NCBI GenBank assembly: GCA_036395015.1
Contig: DASWDZ010000084.1
Span: 6,151-70,150 of the forward strand
Direction of reading: 5' to 3'
Length of the DNA stretch: 64,000 nucleotides
Source of the DNA: Candidatus Dormiibacterota bacterium
GTDB lineage: Bacteria > Chloroflexota > Dormibacteria > Dormibacterales > Dormibacteraceae
Part shown: positions 57,062 to 64,000 of the stretch, one piece after another
Position numbering within the stretch: the stretch's first letter is position 1
How the letters are laid out: the number at the start of each line of letters is the position of its first letter
Translations under genes and position numbers: made by a program
Notes under the pieces: model-generated
What the model was told of the DNA's origin: nothing
The model's database searches: none
Seen by the model: only the letters and a program-made list of their open reading frames with translations

Positions 57062-57447
57062 CAGGCTGCCGCCTTGCCCTTTTCCCGCTTCGCTCCGTAC
57101 TTCGACCGAGCCTTCTTGCGGTTCTTGGTCCCGGCGGTGTCGAGGGTGCCGCGGATGATGTGGTAGCGGACCCCCGGGAGGTCCTTGACGCGCCCACCGC
57201 GGATCAGGACGACCGAGTGCTCTTGCAGGTTGTGCCCGATGCCGGGGATGTAGGCCGTGACCTCGATCCCGGTCGTCAGGCGAACGCGAGCGACCTTGCG
57301 GAGGGCCGAGTTCGGCTTCTTGGGGGTCTGGGTGTAGACGCGCACGCACACGCCTCGCCGCTGCGGCGAGCCGCGCAGAGCCGGCGCCTTAGACTTCGCT
57401 CTGGCCGCCCTGCGCCCAAGGCGGACCAACTGCTGGATGGTTGGCAA
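57061..57447 (-). CDS. rpsL: 30S ribosomal protein S12
   Basis: [13 protein letters not shown] and [16 protein letters not shown]. Confidence 0.98.
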   Translation of the reverse strand: MPTIQQLVRLGRRAARAKSKAPALRGSPQRRGVCVRVYTQTPKKPNSALRKVARVRLTTGIEVTAYIPGIGHNLQEHSVVLIRGGRVKDLPGVRYHIIRGTLDTAGTKNRKKARSKYGAKREKGKAAA

Positions 57448-57506
57448 ACGATTCTCCGATTAGCGGTTTGATTCCCACGCGGCATTAGCCGATTGGGCGA
57501 CGAGCG

Positions 57507-58115
57507 ATGAGTATACCCAAATCCCACTACTTCGAAGCTCGCCCGGCCGTGGCCTCGCGGCCGCGGACGGTGCGCTTGCGCCTGGGCGACCTGGACCTCG
57601 AACTGCAGGCCGACCGTGGCGTTTTTGGGTCGAAGGGGATCGACGCCGGGACGATGGTCCTGCTCCGCGAGGCGCCGCCGCCGCCTGAGTCCGGCGACGT
57701 GCTCGACCTTGGCTGTGGCTATGGCCCGATCGCCATCGCCGTCGCGCGCAGGGCACCGAGGGCTCGGGTCTGGGCAATCGACGTCAACGAGCGAGCCCTC
57801 GAGCTGACCCAGGCCAACGCCCAGGCCGCCGGGACCTCGAACGTGTCGGCCCTGGCGCCGGAGCAGGTCCCTGACGGGGCCCAGTTCGACGCCATCTACT
57901 CCAACCCCCCGGTCCGGGTGGGCAAGGCGCCACTGCACGCGCTCTTGCTGCAGTGGCTCCCTCGGCTGAAGCCCGGCGGCGCGGCCTACATGGTCGTGCA
58001 GCGCAACCTGGGCTCGGACTCGCTCGCGGCGTGGCTTGCCCAGCAGGGATTCGAGGTGTCCCGGCTCAAGTCCAAGAAGGGCTACCGGGTACTGGAGGTA
58101 AGGGCCCGCCCTTAG
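57507..58115 (+). CDS. Class I SAM-dependent methyltransferase, RsmC/MTS-domain-like
   Basis: SAM motif [16 protein letters not shown] and catalytic-type NPPVRVG. Confidence 0.75.
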   Translation: MSIPKSHYFEARPAVASRPRTVRLRLGDLDLELQADRGVFGSKGIDAGTMVLLREAPPPPESGDVLDLGCGYGPIAIAVARRAPRARVWAIDVNERALELTQANAQAAGTSNVSALAPEQVPDGAQFDAIYSNPPVRVGKAPLHALLLQWLPRLKPGGAAYMVVQRNLGSDSLAAWLAQQGFEVSRLKSKKGYRVLEVRARP

Positions 58116-59134
58116 AACTCGCCGGCGAAGTGGCAGGCTGCGACCTGGTCCTTCGCGCCGTGCGGCTCGAGCGGCGGCTCCTGCTCGCTGCAGATGCCAG
58201 GCACGCGCGCGATCGGGCACCGGGGGTGGAACCGGCAGCCAGAAGGCGGGTTGACCGGCGACGGGATCTCGCCTTTGAGCGCGATCGGAGCCCGCTCCAT
58301 CTCCACCTTCGGGTCTGGCACCGGGATCGAGGACAGCAGCGCCTTGGTGTACGGGTGCTGCGGGCGCTCGTAGATGTCCCTCCGGCCGGCCGTCTCGACC
58401 ACCTTGCCCAGGTACATGACCGCGATCCGGTCCGACAGGTGGCGCACCACCGCCAGGTCGTGGGCGATGAAGAGGTACGTGAGCTGGAACTCCCGCTGCA
58501 GGTCCTGGAGCAGGTTGATGATCTGCGCCTGGATCGACACGTCGAGGGCGGAGACCGGCTCGTCGCAGACGATGAAGGACGGGTTGACCGCCAGGGCGCG
58601 GGCGATGCCGATGCGCTGGCGCTGGCCGCCTGAGAACTCGTGCGGGTAGCGGTTCGTGAAGTTGGGGTTCAGACCCACCAGCCGAAGCAGCTCCTGGACG
58701 CGACGCCGCCGCTCGCGGACCGTCCCGATCGCGAAGTTGTCGAGCGGCTCCTGGAGGATGTCGCCGACGGTCATCCGCGGGTCGAGGGAGGCGAACGGGT
58801 CCTGGAAGATTATCTGCATCTTCCGGCGCACCCTGCGCAGGTTGCCGCCGTGCAGCTTCGTGATCTCCTGGCCGTCGAACAGGATCGATCCCCCGGTGAC
58901 GGGCAGGAGACCGGTGACCAGCCTCGCCAGGGTGGATTTGCCGCAGCCCGACTCCCCGACCAGGCCGAGCGTCTCCCCGCGCCGGACCTCGAGGTTGACG
59001 CCGTCGACCGCCCGCACCGCCAGGCCCGAGAAGCCACCGACCGGGAAGTGCTTGTAGACGTCCTGGATCCGGACCAGGACCGGGTCGAGCTTCAGCGCCG
59101 TCAGCTGCGCTCGCTCAGGCGCTTGCACTTCCAC
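58112..59134 (-). CDS. Peptide ABC transporter ATP-binding protein (OppF/DppF-like)
   Basis: [24 protein letters not shown] and the C-terminal oligopeptide-ABC Cys motif (GCRFHPRCP). Confidence 0.9.
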   Translation of the reverse strand: MEVQAPERAQLTALKLDPVLVRIQDVYKHFPVGGFSGLAVRAVDGVNLEVRRGETLGLVGESGCGKSTLARLVTGLLPVTGGSILFDGQEITKLHGGNLRRVRRKMQIIFQDPFASLDPRMTVGDILQEPLDNFAIGTVRERRRRVQELLRLVGLNPNFTNRYPHEFSGGQRQRIGIARALAVNPSFIVCDEPVSALDVSIQAQIINLLQDLQREFQLTYLFIAHDLAVVRHLSDRIAVMYLGKVVETAGRRDIYERPQHPYTKALLSSIPVPDPKVEMERAPIALKGEIPSPVNPPSGCRFHPRCPIARVPGICSEQEPPLEPHGAKDQVAACHFAGEF

Positions 59135-60203
59135 CCGTCTCGGCGGCCGCGGCGTCCTGCTTCAGCTTCTCGGCCGCCTCGTGCGAAAGCGCGCTCTGCT
59201 TGGCGGCCTCGACGCTTTCGTCCTTGACGTTGCGCATCAGGACCCAGCAGCGCGCGACCTGGCCGGAGGCGACCTCCTCCAGCTCCGGTTCCGGGTCCGT
59301 CTTGCACCTGTCGATCACGAAGGGGCAGCGCGGGTGGAACTTGCAGCCCGACGGAGGGCTGATCAGGTCGGGTGGCAGGCCTTTGATCGACACGAGGCGG
59401 TCTTTGCGCGCCTCGTCGACGCGCGGCACGGAGCGCAGCAGCGACCAGGTGTAGGGATGCTGCGGGCTGCGGAAGATCTGCTCGACCGGCCCCTCCTCGA
59501 CGATGCGGCCGGCGTACATGACGACGATCCGCTGGCACAGGCTCGCGACCAGCGCCATGTTGTGAGTGATCAGCATCATCGCGGTGTTCAGCTCGCGGTT
59601 GAGCTGCTTCATGAGCTGGATGATCTGGGCCTGGACCGTGACGTCGAGCGCGGTCGTCGGCTCGTCCGCGATCAGCAGGTCGGGCTCGTTCGAGAGACCC
59701 ATTGCGATCATCGCGCGCTGACGCATGCCGCCCGAGAACTGGTGCGGGTAATCCTTGACGCGCGACTCCGCGGCCGGGACACGCACCCGCTTCAGGAGCT
59801 CGATCACCCTCGGCCTCGCGACCTGCGCGGTGAAGCGCTCATGCGCGGTCATCGCCTCCTCGATCTGGCGGCCGATCCTGGTCACCGGGTTGAGCGAGGT
59901 CATCGGGTCCTGGAAGATCATTGCGACGTCATTGCCGCGGAAGTCGCGGATCTCCTCGTCGGTCATCTTCGTGACCTCCCGGCCGCGGAAGAGGATTCGG
60001 CCGGACGTGATCCTTCCTGGATCTGGGATCAGGCGCAGGATCGAGAGCGCGGTCATCGTCTTGCCGCACCCCGACTCGCCGACGACCCCCAGCGTCTCGC
60101 CGGCGTCGACATGGAAGCTCACGCCGTCGACGGCGTGGACGACACCTCTCGAGGTGAAGAACTGGGTGTGCAGGTCTTCGACCTGCAGCAGCGTTTGTGC
60201 CAA
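59115..60203 (-). CDS. Peptide ABC transporter ATP-binding protein (OppD/DppD-like)
   Basis: [25 protein letters not shown] and GCKFHPRCP. Confidence 0.9.
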   Translation of the reverse strand: MAQTLLQVEDLHTQFFTSRGVVHAVDGVSFHVDAGETLGVVGESGCGKTMTALSILRLIPDPGRITSGRILFRGREVTKMTDEEIRDFRGNDVAMIFQDPMTSLNPVTRIGRQIEEAMTAHERFTAQVARPRVIELLKRVRVPAAESRVKDYPHQFSGGMRQRAMIAMGLSNEPDLLIADEPTTALDVTVQAQIIQLMKQLNRELNTAMMLITHNMALVASLCQRIVVMYAGRIVEEGPVEQIFRSPQHPYTWSLLRSVPRVDEARKDRLVSIKGLPPDLISPPSGCKFHPRCPFVIDRCKTDPEPELEEVASGQVARCWVLMRNVKDESVEAAKQSALSHEAAEKLKQDAAAAETGGSASA

Positions 60204-60206
60204 AAA

Positions 60207-61136
60207 CTAGCGGCGCATGCGGGGGTCGAGGGCGTCGCGCAGGCCGTCTCCGATGAAGGTGAAGGCCAGCAGCGTGAAGCCGATCGCCACGGCGGGAAAG
60301 ACCACAGCTGTCGGGTTCGGGTAGATCTGTTCGTACCCGTCGTAGACCATCTGGCCCCATGTCGGCTGCGGTGGCTGGATGCCGACGCCGAGGAAGCTGA
60401 GCACCGCCTCCAGGAAGATCGCCTGGGGGATCCCGAACGTCAGTGTGACGATGATCGGGCCCAGCGAGTTCGGCAGCAGGTGCTTGAGGATGAGCTTCAG
60501 CGGCGGCGAGCCGGAGGAGCGCGCGGCCTCGATGTACTCCTTTTCCTTGATCGCCAGCACCTGGCCCCGTACCAACCGGGCGAGGCCGACCCAGTTGACC
60601 AGGGCGATGGCGCCGAAGATCGGGATCAGCTGGACGTACCAGGGACCGCTGAGGCGCCACACCGAGACCACGACCAGCACAAACAGCAGGTCGGGAAACG
60701 CGTACCAGATGTCGGTGAAGCGCATCAGCAGGTTGTCGACGCGGCCGCCGAAGTAGCCGGCGGCGAGGCCGATCGTGAGCCCAATCGGGAAGATGATCCC
60801 CTGCACCAGCAGCCCGACCGTCAGCGAGACCTCGCTCCCAATCATCAGCCGGCTGAGCGTGTCACGGCCTAGCAGGTCGGTGCCCATCAGGTGCCCGCGC
60901 ACGCCAGGCCCCACCTGGATGTCGAACACCTGCTGCTTGAAGGGGTCGATGAGGATCCCGAGCTTGACCAGGAGGGGCGAGGTGAGGGCGACGACGATCA
61001 GGAAGAGCACCAGGGCCAGGCCCGCCACCGCGAGCCTGTTGCGGCGGAACCTGATCCAGGCGTCCTGCCACAGGCCGACCTGCTCCTCGGGAACCTCCCA
61101 GTCCCTGGCCGCCTGGTCGACGGTCGCGACGGCCAT
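60207..61136 (-). CDS. Peptide ABC transporter permease (OppC/DppC-like)
   Basis: Six-TM BPD_transp_1 protein with EAARSSGSPPLKLILKHLLPN. Confidence 0.9.
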   Translation of the reverse strand: MAVATVDQAARDWEVPEEQVGLWQDAWIRFRRNRLAVAGLALVLFLIVVALTSPLLVKLGILIDPFKQQVFDIQVGPGVRGHLMGTDLLGRDTLSRLMIGSEVSLTVGLLVQGIIFPIGLTIGLAAGYFGGRVDNLLMRFTDIWYAFPDLLFVLVVVSVWRLSGPWYVQLIPIFGAIALVNWVGLARLVRGQVLAIKEKEYIEAARSSGSPPLKLILKHLLPNSLGPIIVTLTFGIPQAIFLEAVLSFLGVGIQPPQPTWGQMVYDGYEQIYPNPTAVVFPAVAIGFTLLAFTFIGDGLRDALDPRMRR

Positions 61137-62164
61137 CAGCTCAGCCTGACTCGGGGATCGATGAAAACGTAGAGGATGTCGACCACCAGGTTGGCGAACG
61201 CGATCACGAGCGAGAAGAGAACCGTCGTCCCCAGGATCATCGGGTAGTCACGCGACGTGACCGCGAGCACGAATGCGCGCCCGATGCCGGGGATGCTGAA
61301 CACGGTCTCCACGATCACCGAACCGGTGACCAGGAACGCGAAGGTGGGACCGAGTGTGGTGACGACGGGGATGAGTGAGTTTTTCAGGATGTGGCGGATG
61401 ACCACCAGGCGCTCGGGCAGGCCTTTGGCCCACGCCGTGCGGACGTAGTCCTGCCGGATCACCTCCAGCGTGCTCGCGCGCGTAAGCCGTGCGGTGTACG
61501 CGATGGGTAAGAGCGCGAGCGTGACCGCGGGCATGATCAGGTGGTCGTCGACCCCCCACCCGCCCGCGGGTAAGAAGAAGTAGCCCCCGCTCCACTTATA
61601 GAAAAGGACGGAGAAGAAGACCACCATCAGAGCCCCGACGACGAAATTGGGGAACGACGCGGCCATGGTGGCGAAACCCATCGTCGCGTAGTCGATGCGG
61701 GTGTTCTGGCGGAGCGCGGCCAGCACCCCGAGGCCGACGCCTATCGGAACGATCAAACAGAACGCGAGGACGCCGATGGTCGCCGTGTACGGCCAGCCCT
61801 CGGCTATCAGCTGGACCACGCTCTTGCCCTGGTACTGGTAGGACAGCCCGAAGTCGAAGTGCAGGACGTTCCAGACGTAGAGCACGAACTGCTCGAAGAC
61901 CGGCTTGTTGAGGCCGTACTTCTCGTTCAGGTTCCGGATGACAACGTCGGAAAGCTGGCGTCCGCCCGCCTTGTCCCACGGGCTGCCGGCCGCGCTGTGC
62001 GCGAGGACGAACGTGATGACAATGACGAAGAAGACGACCGGGATCATCCATAGGACGCGGCGAACGACGTAGACGGCAAGGCTCCCCAGGCGGCTGTCGG
62101 TGATCGCCGCCAGACGCCCGGGGAGCAGGGCGCCCCGCTTGGGGCGCCCTGCGATCACTGCCAA
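61136..62164 (-). CDS. Peptide ABC transporter permease (OppB/DppB-like)
   Basis: YVRTAWAKGLPERLVVIRHILKNSLIPV. The start may lie downstream of 62164. Confidence 0.88.
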   Translation of the reverse strand: MAVIAGRPKRGALLPGRLAAITDSRLGSLAVYVVRRVLWMIPVVFFVIVITFVLAHSAAGSPWDKAGGRQLSDVVIRNLNEKYGLNKPVFEQFVLYVWNVLHFDFGLSYQYQGKSVVQLIAEGWPYTATIGVLAFCLIVPIGVGLGVLAALRQNTRIDYATMGFATMAASFPNFVVGALMVVFFSVLFYKWSGGYFFLPAGGWGVDDHLIMPAVTLALLPIAYTARLTRASTLEVIRQDYVRTAWAKGLPERLVVIRHILKNSLIPVVTTLGPTFAFLVTGSVIVETVFSIPGIGRAFVLAVTSRDYPMILGTTVLFSLVIAFANLVVDILYVFIDPRVRLS

Positions 62165-62179
62165 ATCACTTTCCTGTTG

Positions 62180-63889
62180 TTAGTGCTGCTTGATGAAAGC
62201 GTCGTGCCAGAAGTTGTTCCCCGGCAGGCTCTGGTCGTCACTTGCGGTGATCGTAAGCCCACCGACGTACGGCTTGATCAGGTTGTACTCGTAGTCCTGG
62301 TAGATGAACGCGACGGCGGCCTGGTTGATCAGCATGTCCTGGGCTTGCTTGTAGGCCGCGTTGCGCTTGTTCTGGTCGAGCTCGCGGTCCGCCTGCGAGA
62401 CCAGGTCGTCGTACCCGGGAAGGTCGACGCAGCCCCAGTTCAGGCTATGACACGAGTTCTTGAAGAAGATGTCGAACCAGTCCTGCTGGTCCGGGTAGTC
62501 GGCGCCCCATCCATCGGGACCGTAGATGTCGAAGTCGCCCTTTCGGATGCGGCTGGTCACCGTCTTGCTGTCCAAGACCTCGAGCTGAATGTTCAGGCCG
62601 AGGTTGGTGTTCCACTGGTCGACGATGAACCCGTTCAGAGTCTTGCTGCGGGTCGAGTCGCGAGTGAGCAGCTTGAACTTGTTCAGCTGGTCGGCGGTGA
62701 CGCCGGCCTTCTGGAGCAAAGCCTTGGCCGCTGCGGCGTCAAAGGCCTGCGCCTTGTTCGACGGGTCGTAGCCGGCCATGCCCTTCGGGATGAAGCTCGT
62801 GATCGACTGCTGGATGTCGTGCTGAACCTGCTTGTTCAGCTTGTCGCGGTCGATCGACTTCGCGAACGCCATGCGGACGTCCGCCTTGTCGAACGGCGAC
62901 TTCTTCGAGTTGAAGGTCATCCAGAAAGTCGTCAGCTTTGGATAAACCTTTGCCTCTCCGCTGAGCTTGGGGTCGTTGCGCACCAGGTCGACGTTGGCCC
63001 CCGGCACGGTGATCATGTCGAGGTCGCCGGTCTGGTACTTGGCGAACAAGGTGTTGGCGTCGGTGATGAACCACAGGTTGATCTTCTGCAGGTGCGGAGC
63101 ACCGCCCCAGTAGCTCGGGTTCGGGACGAGGGTCACATGGTCCTTGGAGACGATCTCCGAGATCTTGAAGGGCCCCTGGCCGATGATCGTGTCGGCCTTC
63201 TGCGCCCACATCAAAGGCTTGGTGGTGTCGGAAGACGGAAAGCTGCCGCCCGCCGCCTTCTCGACGATGTCCTTGCGGATGGGCGGGGCGACCCACAGGG
63301 TCACCACCCACTTGAAGAACGCCGCAGGGTGCTGAAGCGTGATCTGGAACGTGTTGTCGTCGACCGCCTTCAGGCCGAGGCCGTTCAGGAACGTGTCGAT
63401 GGCACCGGCGTTGGCAACGTCCACGCTGCCGTAGCCGTCAGCGCCTTTGATGGTCGTGTCGAAGAACGGGTCGACGTAGCCGGCCGCCAGGGCCGGGTTG
63501 AGCAGGTGCTGGTAGCCGTAGACCCAGTCGGCCGCCTTCACCGGCTGACCGTCGCTCCACTTCGCGTTCGAGCGGAGGTGGAACGTGTAGGTCAGTCCGT
63601 CGGACGAGACGTCGAACGACTGCGCGGCCGCCGGCTGGACATCGGTGCCGGCCGGGTTCGACTTGAGCAGCGTCTCGAACACCTCGCGGCCGACGCCGGC
63701 CTCGTAGGTGTAGGTCTGCTGCGTCGGGTCGTAGCTGTTCGGCTCGGTGCCGTCGTTGGCGTTGAGAACCTGTTTGTCGGGTGACGCAAGGTTCTCGCTT
63801 GTGGTGCCACCGGGACCGCAGGCACTGGCGACGAAGAAGCCCACGGTCGCGAGCGACAGCGCGCGACGGATGGTTGCCCGTAGATACAT
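62180..63889 (-). CDS. Peptide ABC transporter substrate-binding lipoprotein (family 5 SBP)
   Basis: The ATG at 63889 gives MYLRATIRRALSLATVGFFVASAC (lipobox), with an SBP_bac_5-like body. Confidence 0.88.
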   Translation of the reverse strand: MYLRATIRRALSLATVGFFVASACGPGGTTSENLASPDKQVLNANDGTEPNSYDPTQQTYTYEAGVGREVFETLLKSNPAGTDVQPAAAQSFDVSSDGLTYTFHLRSNAKWSDGQPVKAADWVYGYQHLLNPALAAGYVDPFFDTTIKGADGYGSVDVANAGAIDTFLNGLGLKAVDDNTFQITLQHPAAFFKWVVTLWVAPPIRKDIVEKAAGGSFPSSDTTKPLMWAQKADTIIGQGPFKISEIVSKDHVTLVPNPSYWGGAPHLQKINLWFITDANTLFAKYQTGDLDMITVPGANVDLVRNDPKLSGEAKVYPKLTTFWMTFNSKKSPFDKADVRMAFAKSIDRDKLNKQVQHDIQQSITSFIPKGMAGYDPSNKAQAFDAAAAKALLQKAGVTADQLNKFKLLTRDSTRSKTLNGFIVDQWNTNLGLNIQLEVLDSKTVTSRIRKGDFDIYGPDGWGADYPDQQDWFDIFFKNSCHSLNWGCVDLPGYDDLVSQADRELDQNKRNAAYKQAQDMLINQAAVAFIYQDYEYNLIKPYVGGLTITASDDQSLPGNNFWHDAFIKQH

Positions 63890-64000
63890 ACGCGTCTTAC
63901 CTCTCAGACTTTCCCTGCAGCCTTCTTCCCGCGCGAGCACGGGGCGAGAGTGCGCCGGCGGCAGAACTTACTCACAGCCTCTTCGGCCAACCTGAATTCT

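Overview
GC-rich bacterial chromosomal window, almost fully coding and mostly on the minus strand. Gene content and order look like a Terrabacteria-type lineage (Actinobacteria/Chloroflexi-like), but I cannot assign taxonomy without a search. Three blocks are visible. (1) 1-6036, minus strand: groEL (partial), groES with a tandem CIRCE operator, a small DUF2007-like gene, tsaD-rimI-tsaB-tsaE, thiL-thiE, and an ECF sigma / zinc anti-sigma pair. (2) 6085-25200: an accessory carbohydrate locus. It holds a CUT1-type ABC sugar importer (ATPase, two permeases, lipoprotein binding protein), an AraR-like GntR/LacI-hybrid regulator, a Tat-signal GH47 alpha-1,2-mannosidase, a cytoplasmic GH38 alpha-mannosidase, three Gfo/Idh/MocA oxidoreductases, two aldo/keto reductases, a xylose-isomerase-like TIM-barrel protein, a GT-C-like membrane protein, an APH-type kinase and a formamidase-family protein. 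(3) 25204-64000: housekeeping genes. These are alr, an acpS-nnrD fusion, glmS, cdaR, cdaA, argF, fadD and a tyrosine phosphatase. Next comes a continuous ~22 kb minus-strand ribosomal super-cluster (rpsL-rpsG-fusA-tuf-S10-spc-alpha operons, then truA-rplM-rpsI). It ends with an RsmC-like methyltransferase and a five-gene Opp/Dpp-type peptide ABC transporter. I saw no rRNA, tRNA, CRISPR array, transposase or integrase. The most interesting signals are: the redox-heavy mannoside locus, with a translationally coupled AKR/TIM-barrel/oxidoreductase trio beside GH38 and GH47; a family of short GC-rich palindromic intergenic repeats, one pair identical over 30 nt and 40 kb apart, some absorbed into the 3' ends of rplO and map; an AcpS-NnrD domain fusion; and a candidate AT-rich operator pair. 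All family calls come from reading the translations for motifs; no database search was possible. Many long ORFs in the track are antisense or alternate-frame artefacts typical of GC-rich DNA and were not called.
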